Shown here one piece after another: positions 48,857 through 59,346 of a stretch of 64,000 nt of DNA; position 1 is the first letter of the stretch, and every line of letters starts with the position of its first letter. The notes beneath the pieces were generated by a model. It ran no database searches and was not told the DNA's origin. It saw only the letters and a program-made list of their open reading frames with translations. Position numbers and translations under genes: made by a program. This DNA is from Sarcina sp. GTDB taxonomy: Bacteria > Bacillota > Clostridia > Clostridiales > Clostridiaceae. Where the stretch lies: contig JBOFIK010000052.1 of NCBI GenBank assembly GCA_051650125.1, forward strand, positions 1-64,000, read 5' to 3'.

Positions 48857-49558
48857 CTACTTCATATCTTCAACCACTTCTTTTATTTCTTTATTCTCAC
48901 GATATAAAATAGGATTTACTTTGTCAAAATAAGTATATATTCTAGCCTCCATCTTATCATCCGTAAAATCATATGATGAATTATCTCTTACAATATACTC
49001 TTTGCCATTTATTTTAATTATTTCATCTGTAGGTTCACTGCCCCCAAGCATAACAACGAAAAAAAACATTGGCATAACGGCTATTGCTATTGTATATACA
49101 CCTACCGCTATACCTTTAATAATTACTTTACCAAATCCTCTTTTTGAATTATTCTCATCTCTCTTTGTAATTAAAATATTAAATAATGCTATCACTATTA
49201 AAAGTGCATATGTTATAACTCCCAATATAGCCATTATAGGTTCTAAATTACTTACTAATCTATACCCCTTAGGTATCATCATTGCTGTATATGTTATAAA
49301 AGCTAAAAATGTTAAAGAATATATAGCTATCACCCATCTAAAAAATTTATTAATTCTCTTCTCAATTATTAAATTACAAATACACATTTCTAAAAGTAAT
49401 AAACTACCTCCAATATAATATGGAAGCCCAATCATAATGGGAGCACTATCTATCATATCATTATCTGAAGTTACCACTACAACTAACAAAGAAATTACAA
49501 GTGTACAAATTTCTATAACGTTAATAAAACTTAATTTGTTGTTTCTATAAAAAGTCAT
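48857..49558 (-). CDS. Hypothetical polytopic membrane protein with a C-terminal soluble tail
   Basis: Six TM, 233 aa. Confidence 0.45.
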   Translation of the reverse strand: MTFYRNNKLSFINVIEICTLVISLLVVVVTSDNDMIDSAPIMIGLPYYIGGSLLLLEMCICNLIIEKRINKFFRWVIAIYSLTFLAFITYTAMMIPKGYRLVSNLEPIMAILGVITYALLIVIALFNILITKRDENNSKRGFGKVIIKGIAVGVYTIAIAVMPMFFFVVMLGGSEPTDEIIKINGKEYIVRDNSSYDFTDDKMEARIYTYFDKVNPILYRENKEIKEVVEDMK

Positions 49559-49698
49559 CTTTTCCCCCTCAAGTTTTTTATTTTTTTACTCTTAGAGTAT
49601 AATCTAAATTTCTTATATTTTTTTAAAAATAGAAAAAGCTTAATAAAAACTTGTTGTAGTTGTCACATTTATATTAGATATTTTAATTTATCTTATTT

Positions 49699-50037
49699 TC
49701 ATATCAGCCTTAAATAATCATCTTCACCCTCACCATTCAAATTATAAATCGCTTTGTACTCTGCAAATGTAACTTCTTCATACTCCATTCTGACTTTTGC
49801 AGATATATATTTACGTTCATCATCATTCTCCATATGCCATGTATTTATTACATACGAAATACTATGAAATTCATATTTTATATTTTTAAAGACCATCCCT
49901 TTAAATAATTCATTAAAATCTTCTTCATCATTCTTCTTATATTCAGCTAAATAAAATTTTAAATCTCTCATTACTAAATCTTTTATATTGTACTCTTGTA
50001 TCCACTTTTCTAATTTAAACTCCATATTCTCATTCAC
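49699..50037 (-). CDS. Hypothetical small cytosolic protein (immunity-protein-like size and composition)
   Basis: 112 aa, acidic. Confidence 0.4.
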   Translation of the reverse strand: MNENMEFKLEKWIQEYNIKDLVMRDLKFYLAEYKKNDEEDFNELFKGMVFKNIKYEFHSISYVINTWHMENDDERKYISAKVRMEYEEVTFAEYKAIYNLNGEGEDDYLRLI

Positions 50038-50100
50038 CCCTTAAGTTCTTAGATTATAAACTTTTTAATCTATAATATATTCACTATTACCAAAGCATTA

Positions 50101-50568
50101 TCATCTTGTAACTTTATGTTTCCTAGCAGTACTATGAAGATTAGAAATTGCATATTCACCTTTTTCAAGCTTTAACTCAAATAATTTTTCCATTTCAAGC
50201 TCTGGATATCCAACACATTGAATTAATTCACCAGCAGTAACAACTAATAACTTTCCACTAGAAATATTTAACCATTTAAAATTATCTAAATCTTTATCAC
50301 TCATCTGTAACTTAAATTTATGGTCACCATATGGCAATAAATATATTACCATTTTTCCCTGCTCACAAAAATCTCTTATCGGTTTTGACTCCCTTTCTCT
50401 CACTACATCCCAATTTTCTTTTGGAAAATCAAATTTCAATTCCGACTTTCCTTGTACATCTAACAAAACATCCATAGAATACAATAACTCACTATTTAAT
50501 TCACTTAAATAAATTTCATCAGTTAAAACTAATCCATCATCCCCATCACATTCTACTATAAAGTCCAC
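50101..50568 (-). CDS. Hypothetical cytosolic protein (155 aa)
   Basis: ORF, acidic. Confidence 0.4.
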   Translation of the reverse strand: MDFIVECDGDDGLVLTDEIYLSELNSELLYSMDVLLDVQGKSELKFDFPKENWDVVRERESKPIRDFCEQGKMVIYLLPYGDHKFKLQMSDKDLDNFKWLNISSGKLLVVTAGELIQCVGYPELEMEKLFELKLEKGEYAISNLHSTARKHKVTR

Positions 50569-50629
50569 TTTATCTATCTCCTTACATCAGTTATTTTACT
50601 TTTTACATTACCTTCGACTTTATATGAAA

Positions 50630-50740
50630 TTAAAATATTTCTTTGACTTCAATATCTCTCACTTTAAATAATACAATTTTAAAAATCCATAAAATAAGTG
50701 ATATTGGTACTATTAAAGATAAATCTGTATAGGGACTCAT
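50630..50740 (-). pseudogene. Truncated N-terminal fragment (36 codons) of the paralogous membrane-protein family
   Basis: MSPYTDLSLIVPISLILWIFKIVLFKVRDIEVKEIF versus MGGDVSLIIPISFALWIFKVVAFKVRDIEVKEM in 51423-51866. DNA identity extends over about 90 bp. Confidence 0.6.
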
Positions 50741-50837
50741 TTATAGGCTCTCCTTTTAATTTTTATTTTCAAATAACTTTATAGGATACTAGTGAAGAAA
50801 GTTTTACTTTCTGAACTTGCCATAATATTTCCTCTCA

Positions 50838-51386
50838 TTATTTCAAATCAATAATTTTTATTTTCTTATCATATTTTTCTCTCGTAACGTAAAAGAAAAA
50901 ACATATAATACTTATTATATCCATTCCTAACTTTACCAAAACATATGGAAATGTAAGAGCAATTCCAACATATACAATCGTTGGCATAAACTGCTCTAAA
51001 TGAATTAAGCTATATATTATAGCTAATGCATGAACCAGCCACCATACTTTTTTTTCGCCATTCCTTATTAGCAAAATAATATTTATAAAGGTAATCTTTA
51101 TAAAGAATAGCCCTTGCCTAATGATTAACCCCCATAATAATATTCCAACAATAGTTTTTCTATAACTATCAATATAAAAGATTTCACTAAAAAGCTCCTT
51201 CATTATGAATAGAATTATTATTTCAAAAACAACATATTCTTCTAATTTTTTTAGTATTTTTAATAAGAAATTTTTTTTCATGTTCTCATTTTCTAATTTC
51301 TTCGATTTAAACAGTACAATTTTCACAATTGAAAGTATTAGCATAATCAACACTATTAATGGAACATCCTGTAACTCACCAAACAT
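50838..51386 (-). CDS. Small polytopic membrane protein, paralog 1 of a 3-member family
   Basis: Shared C-terminal block NGEKKVWWLVHALAII. Four to five TM. Confidence 0.6.
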   Translation of the reverse strand: MFGELQDVPLIVLIMLILSIVKIVLFKSKKLENENMKKNFLLKILKKLEEYVVFEIIILFIMKELFSEIFYIDSYRKTIVGILLWGLIIRQGLFFIKITFINIILLIRNGEKKVWWLVHALAIIYSLIHLEQFMPTIVYVGIALTFPYVLVKLGMDIISIICFFFYVTREKYDKKIKIIDLK

Positions 51387-51422
51387 TTATACTTTCCACC
51401 ACCTTAAACTAATAAAATAAAT

Positions 51423-51866
51423 TCAAAATATTTCTTTTTTAATCTGTACTAAATTCACTATTAACATAACAATTATATATGGATAACAAAACATCATAGT
51501 GCAAAATACCACAAATGGCAATACAATGTATGGTAAAATAATGCATAAAATCATCAATACTATCCATATAGAATTAACTAACCACCATTTTTTCTTTTCA
51601 CCTTTTTCAATTAATAAAATTAAATTCCTTGCTATTAATTTCAGTATATTGAAAATATTAATTCCTATTAAAATAAGGAGCATAATTCGAGTTATATTGT
51701 TAATAAAAGAATCTTCCATTATCAGCATTACCGAAACTACTAAAAGTATTAAATTTATAAAACGACTCATCTCTTTGACTTCAATATCCCTCACTTTAAA
51801 TGCTACGACTTTAAAAATCCATAAAGCAAATGATATTGGTATTATTAAAGATACATCTCCGCCCAT
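51423..51866 (-). CDS. Small polytopic membrane protein, paralog 2
   Basis: EKGEKKKWWLVNSIWIV block. Confidence 0.6.
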   Translation of the reverse strand: MGGDVSLIIPISFALWIFKVVAFKVRDIEVKEMSRFINLILLVVSVMLIMEDSFINNITRIMLLILIGINIFNILKLIARNLILLIEKGEKKKWWLVNSIWIVLMILCIILPYIVLPFVVFCTMMFCYPYIIVMLIVNLVQIKKEIF

Positions 51867-52107
51867 TTATACTCACTCCTTTATATATCAAGTGTATTAG
51901 ACCACCTAACTCTCTCTTTAAATTATCTTTACTCCTTTTATAATGACAAGCTCCTTCTTTTCCACTTATTCCCACTTTATACTTTTTGATTCTAAAAGTA
52001 AATTTAATCAACTTCTTCTCTCTACTTCTCACTTTCTTTAATTAATTTTTGAACTTAATTAAAGAAAAAACTATGCACAAATTAAATGCATAGTTTCCCT
52101 GTTATTA

Positions 52108-52162
52108 TTTTAAACGAATGGATTATAGAATCTTCCACCATTCACATATATTAAGTAGCCTG
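52108..52162. repeat. Left 55-bp direct repeat: decayed duplicate of the ecfT 3' end (with an adjacent terminator-like hairpin at 52066-52096)
   Basis: ttttaaacgaatggattatagaatcttccaccattcacatatattaagtagcctg is identical to 56814-56867. Weaker homology continues to about 52210, with a 54-bp deletion relative to ecfT. Confidence 0.85.
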
Positions 52163-52317
52163 CAAACTTCTTCCCACTATACCAAGTACGTTTTTTCTTT
52201 AGTTCCTTGCTTTCTACACTTTTATTCCCCTATATTTGCCTAATACCTTAAAAATACTTATGAGAGAAGATTACTTCTTGAACTTACTACTATCCTCAAA
52301 GTATTATTGCCTTCCCA

Positions 52318-52821
52318 TTATACTAAGAATTTTTTAATTTTAAATACATATATAATATAAATATTCATTACTAAACTTCCAAGAGTATATATATACATGG
52401 ATCCTGACCCAAAAATAATAATACATGGTAGTAAAATTGTAGGTGCAATAAAACTGAGTATTATAGGTACTACATGAATTGCCCACCATACTTTCTTTTT
52501 TCCTTGTTTCACAAGTAAAATAAAGTTTTTATAAATAATTTTCATAAAAAATAAAAGCTTAATAAATATTAAAACCCATATTACTATTCCTGCAATATTT
52601 TTTATATAGTTATCAATAAAAAGATTTGATATAAAATAATCTAGCATTATATACAAAATTATTATTTCTACAATAATATATTCCTTTAATATTTTCAAAA
52701 CAGGATATTTTTCTTCTTCTTCCTCTTCTAATCCTTGTAATTTAAATAATATAATTTTAATAATGCTTAAAATAAATGCTATTGGTACCACTATTGGAAT
52801 ACTTTCTAATTCTCCATTCAT
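52318..52821 (-). CDS. Small polytopic membrane protein, paralog 3 (inside the DR-bounded island)
   Basis: KQGKKKVWWAIHVVPII block. Glu-rich loop. Confidence 0.6.
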   Translation of the reverse strand: MNGELESIPIVVPIAFILSIIKIILFKLQGLEEEEEEKYPVLKILKEYIIVEIIILYIMLDYFISNLFIDNYIKNIAGIVIWVLIFIKLLFFMKIIYKNFILLVKQGKKKVWWAIHVVPIILSFIAPTILLPCIIIFGSGSMYIYTLGSLVMNIYIIYVFKIKKFLV

Positions 52822-52967
52822 TTGTATTTTCTACCTTTCCTTTCTATATATATAAGTTGTACGAATGAATCTACATTACACATTCATTGTATTGTCTACA
52901 ATGAATGTGTAATTCTTAAATATAAAAATGTAGATTCTATAATACAACATATATAGTATGAGTAAAT

Positions 52968-55900
52968 TTATTCATTTTTCTCAAATGTAATACTAGTAAA
53001 AAAGTCATTAAACTTTTCATAATACGAATTTATAGAATGCGCCACAGAAAATTTATCTATTCCTGAAATCATCCACTTATTTCTCCCTAATAAATGTGAT
53101 TTAAGTCCAAATTGATTTATATGATCTTCATTCATTTTGTAATTATAAACTTTCTTACTTTTCTGTCCATGATTATCATATATATTAGTCATTGGAGTGA
53201 AACCTGGTGATGCAAATGTTGTTATTTTATGAATTTGACTTTTACTTTCTTTAAAAGTTTCAAGATACATACCTGCAACAACAAGTTTTAATGGTGTAGG
53301 AATTTGGTTATCTATATAATACTTTAACCCCTCTGAGCTAGTTGGTGTTAAATTTATTTCTGGGTTCAATAAAGACCCTCCAATTTTTTGCGCTAGCCAC
53401 CCACCTAATGAATGTCCTGCAATATAAATATTAGTAGCTCCTGTATTACTTTCTGAATTCAAAACTTTATTCATAAATTTATACGCCGCATATACTTGTT
53501 TGGAATTATTACCCAACAAAATCGCTCCACCATCAGTGAATAGCCAATCATTAAAACCTTCTGCCGAGAATTTTTCTCCACTTCCCTCAAATGCTATAAT
53601 AATATTCTCTCCATTTTTTAGAGCTATAGCTCCAAATCCTGAATCAAAAAAACCTTCTATTATTGTCGAATCATTACTCTCTATGACTTCCCAATTTTTT
53701 AACAAATCAAATTTCTTCCCTAAATTAAGTTCACTAACTTCTTTTCCTATTTTACTATCTGTCACTTTATAAGAAAGATTCGCCGCCTGCATAAAGATTT
53801 TATCTTGTTTCACAAAGTCACCACTATTAATATTAAACTCATACTTATTTTCATCATCTTTATCTGGTATTCCATCTCCATCCATATCTCCACTACCTGC
53901 TTCACCATGGATATCATCAGTAATATCTCCAATTTCCTCTCCAGTTTTTACATGATAATATTTCCCACCAGTTTCGTTTGCTATTTTTTCTAATAATGCT
54001 TTATCATATTTTGTTCCTAATCCTATTGTATATATTTTTATATTGTCATTTTTAGCTTGTTCTAGTGAACTATCATGGAATGTTCCTTCGCCATCAGTTA
54101 ATAGAATTATCTTTTTATTTCTATCTTTACTATTTTTCAGTTGTTGTATTGCACTATCAACTCCTGCTGATATATTAGTGCCACCACTATTAATTCCAAG
54201 TCTATTAACATTATCCAATAAAGCTTTTTTATCAGCTGTTAATGCTTGATAAACACTAGATGAACTTGAAAAACCAACTAATGCCATTTTATCTTCATTC
54301 TCTTTTTTATTTATAAAGTGTTCTGCTAATTTAACTCTGTACTTATTTCTATCATTACTAGACATACTTCCAGATGTATCTATAACAAATGCTAAGTCCA
54401 ATTTACCTTTTTCAGATGGGTGTTTAATTTCATTCTCCCAATACTTATCCCACTCATCTTTATCAATAATTAAGAATTGGTCATTTACAGAGTATTTGTT
54501 ATCTTCTTTACTTTCTATTCCATTCTCAAAATTAACTGTTATAATTCCTTTAGTAGACTTATCCTGTCCTTTTACTTCAACTAAAGTATTTAGCTCTTTA
54601 TCTAATTTATATAAAGTCGGATTTTTTTTATCATCTAGCTTAAGTTTACTATAATCAAATTTAAAACTAATATCCTTTGATGCTTTAGGTATCTTAACTA
54701 AATAAGGATTACCTAAATATCCTGGTGTTTCTTTCGATGTCATAACATGTGTATTTTTCATATTTACAATCGCTATATTAGCTATATCTTTACCAATAAA
54801 CTTTCCATTAATTTCAATTGATATATTTTCATCTAGGATATTAGCTGATGGTTTATGTGTATATTTTAAAAGTTCATCACCATCTAATGTTCCATTATCA
54901 TCAGTGTCTTTTTTATTTGGATTTAATTTTAGTTCTATTTCTTTTCCATCTAAAATCCCATCATCATCCGTATCTTTTTTATTTGGATTTGTCTTATATT
55001 TTTCTACTTCTTCCTTATCATTTAATCCATCAAAATCTGTATCTGCCTCTAAAGGATTTGTTTCTAACTTTTGCTCTTGTTTTACTGTTAATCCATCCTT
55101 ATCTTTATCCTCATCTCCATCTAAAACTCCATTATCATCACTATCTGGCTTTAAAGGATTTGTATCTGATATATAAACTTCAAAACAATCATCTAATCCA
55201 TCATTATCTGTATCAGCTTTTAAAGGATCTGTTTCATACATTAAAACTTCCTCTCCATCTAAAAGACCATCACCATCCGTGTCTTCTTTTAACGGATCTG
55301 TTCCAAGCTCTAGTTCTTCTTCATCACTTAAAGTATCATTATCTGTATCTTTAAATTCACTTACATGAACTTTTTTAGATTTACCCACTTTATTTCCATT
55401 AGCATCAAATGAAATAATTTGATAGTAATATTTTTTTGACAACTCATCAGCTTCTGCATCTAAATACATATTACTTGCAATATCTTTTTGGTACTCTGTT
55501 AGATTATTACTATCATTCCCTTTCATTATTGTATATTTTAAACTCTCATTTTTATCCCATTCTAAAGAAACAATATTCTTTCGTCTTTCAGCTTTTAAAT
55601 TTATTATTTCAAGCCCTTCATTAATTTCTGGTTCAACTCCTAATAAAATATTTCCATCATATAAAACTAATATTTTATCCCAGTTCATATAATCCTTTGC
55701 ATCTTTATTAAATGAATAATCATTTTCTTGATTATAAACCGGCCAATCTTTCTTGTTAACTCTACTATGAATCTCAAGTTCATTTCCTGCTGTTAATTTT
55801 TCACTGACATTCATTTTTAAAGATAAATATCTATCAGCATCTTCAAGTTCTTCAACCTTTACAATCTCTGATGTTATTTTTTCTTTTCCGATATTCGCCC

Positions 55901-56639
55901 AATCTATTACTATTTCTTCATTTGTCTCATTTCCATCTGAATCCCCAGTATAATAATACCTTACTTCTAGCTTTGATAAATCTAAGTCTGTATTACCTGA
56001 ATTTAAAATTTTAAACCACGGGTATATACTTGTTATATCTTTATCTAGGTATTTATTATACATTTTTGCATCTACTTTTATGATACTTTCCTCTTTTATT
56101 TCTGTTGGTAAAACTCCATGTATTAATTGCCCTTTATAATCAACAGTAACATCATTTGCATATGAATAATTCTTTTCTTGATTATAATTTTTATTATCTT
56201 TATTCTGTAATCTAATATTCAATTCAACTTCTTCATCTTTTTTTAATTTATTTAGCCCTTCATTAAATTTTATATTTATTTTACTATTTGCTTTTTCATA
56301 ATTTTTATCTAATTTTTCTATTTGTACATCTACTTTTGATTGGTCAACAGAACACCAATCCTTTACTATTTCTTCTTTTTCAATTCCTTGATTATCATAC
56401 CAATAACTTAATGCTAAATCATTTAAATTTAGTGCTTCTTCATTAATATTTTTAATCTTAATTTTAAAGGATATTGTGTTACTTTCAACTTCCTTTATAA
56501 CATCTTCCTTTGTTATTTCTACACTTTTTATAGTTTCAGCTTGTACAATCTTTCCTATTGAAAATCCTTGGAACATTTGTAGCATAAAAGAAGCTAATAT
56601 AAATATAGATATCCTTTTTTCTTTGTTTTTTATTTTCAT
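52968..56639 (-). CDS. 1223-aa secreted multidomain protein: signal peptide, 2x CBM3-like modules, FN3-like, thrombospondin-type-3 Ca-binding repeats, VWA (MIDAS), C-terminal class-3-lipase-like alpha/beta hydrolase
   Basis: CBM3 blocks RYYYTGDS ... KKDWPVYNQENDYSF ... NWDKILVLYDGNILLGVEP. TSP3 DxDxDGxxDxxE repeats (about 8). VWA DTSGSM ... GGTN ... LLTDG. Nucleophile elbow GHSLGG near the C-terminus. Confidence 0.75.
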   Translation of the reverse strand: MKIKNKEKRISIFILASFMLQMFQGFSIGKIVQAETIKSVEITKEDVIKEVESNTISFKIKIKNINEEALNLNDLALSYWYDNQGIEKEEIVKDWCSVDQSKVDVQIEKLDKNYEKANSKINIKFNEGLNKLKKDEEVELNIRLQNKDNKNYNQEKNYSYANDVTVDYKGQLIHGVLPTEIKEESIIKVDAKMYNKYLDKDITSIYPWFKILNSGNTDLDLSKLEVRYYYTGDSDGNETNEEIVIDWANIGKEKITSEIVKVEELEDADRYLSLKMNVSEKLTAGNELEIHSRVNKKDWPVYNQENDYSFNKDAKDYMNWDKILVLYDGNILLGVEPEINEGLEIINLKAERRKNIVSLEWDKNESLKYTIMKGNDSNNLTEYQKDIASNMYLDAEADELSKKYYYQIISFDANGNKVGKSKKVHVSEFKDTDNDTLSDEEELELGTDPLKEDTDGDGLLDGEEVLMYETDPLKADTDNDGLDDCFEVYISDTNPLKPDSDDNGVLDGDEDKDKDGLTVKQEQKLETNPLEADTDFDGLNDKEEVEKYKTNPNKKDTDDDGILDGKEIELKLNPNKKDTDDNGTLDGDELLKYTHKPSANILDENISIEINGKFIGKDIANIAIVNMKNTHVMTSKETPGYLGNPYLVKIPKASKDISFKFDYSKLKLDDKKNPTLYKLDKELNTLVEVKGQDKSTKGIITVNFENGIESKEDNKYSVNDQFLIIDKDEWDKYWENEIKHPSEKGKLDLAFVIDTSGSMSSNDRNKYRVKLAEHFINKKENEDKMALVGFSSSSSVYQALTADKKALLDNVNRLGINSGGTNISAGVDSAIQQLKNSKDRNKKIILLTDGEGTFHDSSLEQAKNDNIKIYTIGLGTKYDKALLEKIANETGGKYYHVKTGEEIGDITDDIHGEAGSGDMDGDGIPDKDDENKYEFNINSGDFVKQDKIFMQAANLSYKVTDSKIGKEVSELNLGKKFDLLKNWEVIESNDSTIIEGFFDSGFGAIALKNGENIIIAFEGSGEKFSAEGFNDWLFTDGGAILLGNNSKQVYAAYKFMNKVLNSESNTGATNIYIAGHSLGGWLAQKIGGSLLNPEINLTPTSSEGLKYYIDNQIPTPLKLVVAGMYLETFKESKSQIHKITTFASPGFTPMTNIYDNHGQKSKKVYNYKMNEDHINQFGLKSHLLGRNKWMISGIDKFSVAHSINSYYEKFNDFFTSITFEKNE

Positions 56640-56756
56640 CCTTATCGCCTCGACATATTTTACCTTAAAAGTTAAAATTTGTAAATTATTTAAAAATAAC
56701 CAACTAAAATCACTGGTAATATTATCAACACTTTAAAATGATTAATTTTCTATAAA

Positions 56757-56790
56757 AAAAAAGCTATACACTTTGTAAGTGCATAGCTTT
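56757..56790. terminator. Bidirectional terminator after ecfT / large gene boundary
   Basis: aaaaaaaa gctatacac-tttgtaa-gtgcatagc ttttt. Confidence 0.65.
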
Positions 56791-56813
56791 TTATGTCGAT
56801 TGTTTTTTTTAAT

Positions 56814-56867
56814 TTTAAACGAATGGATTATAGAATCTTCCACCATTCACATATATTAAGTAGCCTG
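56814..56867. repeat. Right 55-bp direct repeat (authentic ecfT 3' end)
   Basis: Identical to 52108-52162. Confidence 0.85.
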
Positions 56868-57642
56868 ATAATATTACAAGACAAAGTCCAAATATCATAA
56901 CTGCATAGTCACTCTTTGTAAACTTCTTTCCACTATACCAAGTACGTTTTTCTTTACTTCCAAATGCTCTTATCTCCATAGCACAGCTTATTTTATCTAT
57001 CTTTTCTAGACTAGAAAAGATAAGTGGCATTATAATTACTGACGCATTTTTAACTCTAGTTATTGGACTCGCTTTTTTTGACATATCTATTCCTCTTGCT
57101 TGTTGTGCAAAGGCTATGTCATGATATTCTCTTTGAATATCTGGTACATATCTAAGTGCTATTGCTACTGAATAAGCAACTTTATAACTTACACCTATTT
57201 TATTTAATGATGCTGCAAATTCACTTGGATTAGTTGCAACCATAAATATAAGTGCCATTGGTGTTATAAGTAGATATTTTAGAACAAAATTAAGTTGATA
57301 GAATAATTGCTCTGATGTTACTTGATAATAATTTGTTATCTTAAATAATACTGTTTTTGAACCATATATCTCACAACCTTGGTATGGTGATATAAGATAT
57401 ATCGCAAGTGTATTTATTACAAGGAATATTATTATAAAGTAAAATACAAATGATATTTCCTTAAATTCAACTTTTGAAACTTTAAATATGATAAAACTTA
57501 AAATAAGAAGTCCTACTAAAAGTCTAGTATCATAACTTATCATAGATGCTATAACATAAGCTAATAAGAATAGTATCTTTGCTGCTCCTGTAAGCTTATG
57601 AACAAATGAATTCTTGTTTGAATATTCAAGCATAGTTTTCAT
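56815..57642 (-). CDS. ecfT: ECF transporter transmembrane (T) component EcfT
   Basis: Five to six TM. Conserved ARG-like motifs (ALRYVPDIQREY ... ARG). Stop-start overlap with the upstream ATPase gene. Confidence 0.75.
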   Translation of the reverse strand: MKTMLEYSNKNSFVHKLTGAAKILFLLAYVIASMISYDTRLLVGLLILSFIIFKVSKVEFKEISFVFYFIIIFLVINTLAIYLISPYQGCEIYGSKTVLFKITNYYQVTSEQLFYQLNFVLKYLLITPMALIFMVATNPSEFAASLNKIGVSYKVAYSVAIALRYVPDIQREYHDIAFAQQARGIDMSKKASPITRVKNASVIIMPLIFSSLEKIDKISCAMEIRAFGSKEKRTWYSGKKFTKSDYAVMIFGLCLVILSGYLIYVNGGRFYNPFV

Positions 57643-59346
57643 TTATCTTTCCCTCCTGTCAACTTCTATAAACTTGTTAACTAAATCTCTTGGCTTTTCA
57701 AAACCTAGTTTAACTGCAAGTTCATATAATGAAGTTTCTTTAAGATTAGCTCTTTTTATAACACTACTATCAGTTAAAATATTAGATGCTATATCCTGTG
57801 CTATCTTTTGCCCATCTCCTAGAACTACTGCTCTGTCAGTATATTCAAGCATTAAATGCATATCATGAGTAACCATTATTATAGTAACTCCTTTTTTATT
57901 AAGCTCTACAAGGAACTCCATAATTTCTGTATAGTGTTTAAAATCTTGCCCTGCTGTTGGCTCATCAAGAATTATAACTTTAGGATTTAAAACTAAGATA
58001 GATGCTATTGTCACCCTCTTCTTCTGACCATAACTAAGTGCTGATATAGGCCAGTTTCTAAAAGGATATAATCCACATATTTTAAGTGTTTCTATAACTC
58101 TTTCTTTAGTTTCTTCTGCACTAACACCTCTAGCTTTAAGCCCTAGCCCTACTTCTTCCATAATCATAGGCTTTGAAATCATCTGATTAGGATTTTGCAG
58201 AACTATACCAATATTTTCTGCTCTCTCTTTTATAGTATCTTTTATCATATCTTTACCTTCAAAAAGGACTTGTCCTTTTGTAGGTTTATAGAATCCACAT
58301 ACAAGCTTTGAAATTGTAGATTTACCTGCACCATTTCTTCCAACTATACTAAGTATTTCTCCCTTTTCAACTTTAAATGAAACATCTTTTAAAATTTGCT
58401 TACCTTTTTTATCATAAGAGAAATCTACATTTTTAAATTCTAGAATAGCTTCACTTTCCTTTGTCATAGCAATCTCTTCTACATCACTACTCCAAGTTTT
58501 AAGCTTGTCCTTATACTCATCAAGCATTATAGTATCAATACTAGCTGACTTCATCTCTTGTGTAATTTTAATATCTGCATATTTTAAAGCTGTAACATAA
58601 AGTGGTTCTCTTATTCCATTTTCAATTAAGATATTACTTGCTAAAAGTTTGTCTGGGCTTACATCTGCAAGTATTTCGCCCTCATGCATAACAATAATTC
58701 TATCTATATCTCTATGTAGAACATCTTCAAGTCTGTGCTCTATAATTACAATAGTCTTATTATTTTCTTTATGAATTTTATCTATAAGTTCAATTGATAT
58801 CTTCCCAGTTGCAGGGTCTAAACTAGCAAGTGGCTCATCAAATAAAAGTATATTAACATCACTAACCATAACTCCTGCAAGAGTAACTCTTTGCTTTTGA
58901 CCACCAGATAGACTATGTGGTGATGCATCAAGGTAAGTATCTACACCTACTATTTTTGAAACTATATCGACTCTTCTTTTCATCTCTGCTTGATCTATAC
59001 AATCATTCTCTAACTTAAAAGCTATATCCTCAGCTACTGTAAGTCCTATAAACTGACCATCTGGGTCTTGTAGAACAGTCCCAACTTCATTAGATAAACC
59101 TGCAATATCACACTCTCTAGTTTCTTTTCCATTAACCTTTAGACTACCTGTAATCTCACCCTCATATAAAAAAGGTGCTAGTCCATTTATGCAGTTAGTA
59201 ATTGTACTCTTACCACAACCAGAAGGCCCTACTATTAAAATTTTCTCACCTTCATATATTGTAAGATTTATATTATTTAGAGTTGGACACTCTTGTGCTC
59301 TATATTGAAAACTGAAATCCTTAAACTCAATGACTGTTTTTTTCAA
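57643..59346 (-). CDS. Fused duplicated ECF ATPase (EcfA-EcfA', two ABC cassettes)
   Basis: Two Walker A (GPSGCGKST, GRNGAGKST), two LSGGQ (LSGGQKQRV, LSYGQKKRV), two Walker B. Confidence 0.85.
   Translation of the reverse strand: MKKTVIEFKDFSFQYRAQECPTLNNINLTIYEGEKILIVGPSGCGKSTITNCINGLAPFLYEGEITGSLKVNGKETRECDIAGLSNEVGTVLQDPDGQFIGLTVAEDIAFKLENDCIDQAEMKRRVDIVSKIVGVDTYLDASPHSLSGGQKQRVTLAGVMVSDVNILLFDEPLASLDPATGKISIELIDKIHKENNKTIVIIEHRLEDVLHRDIDRIIVMHEGEILADVSPDKLLASNILIENGIREPLYVTALKYADIKITQEMKSASIDTIMLDEYKDKLKTWSSDVEEIAMTKESEAILEFKNVDFSYDKKGKQILKDVSFKVEKGEILSIVGRNGAGKSTISKLVCGFYKPTKGQVLFEGKDMIKDTIKERAENIGIVLQNPNQMISKPMIMEEVGLGLKARGVSAEETKERVIETLKICGLYPFRNWPISALSYGQKKRVTIASILVLNPKVIILDEPTAGQDFKHYTEIMEFLVELNKKGVTIIMVTHDMHLMLEYTDRAVVLGDGQKIAQDIASNILTDSSVIKRANLKETSLYELAVKLGFEKPRDLVNKFIEVDRRER

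Noticed and set aside
51811-52032. 73-aa minus-strand ORF between membrane paralog 2 and the left direct repeat
   Set aside because: Basic low-complexity translation, no RBS, and it overlaps the start of paralog 2. Probably spurious.
54848-55354. 168-aa His/Leu-rich plus-strand ORF (and 54904-55176)
   Set aside because: Antisense shadow of the Asp-rich TSP3 repeat region of the 1223-aa gene. Repetitive codons create long open frames.
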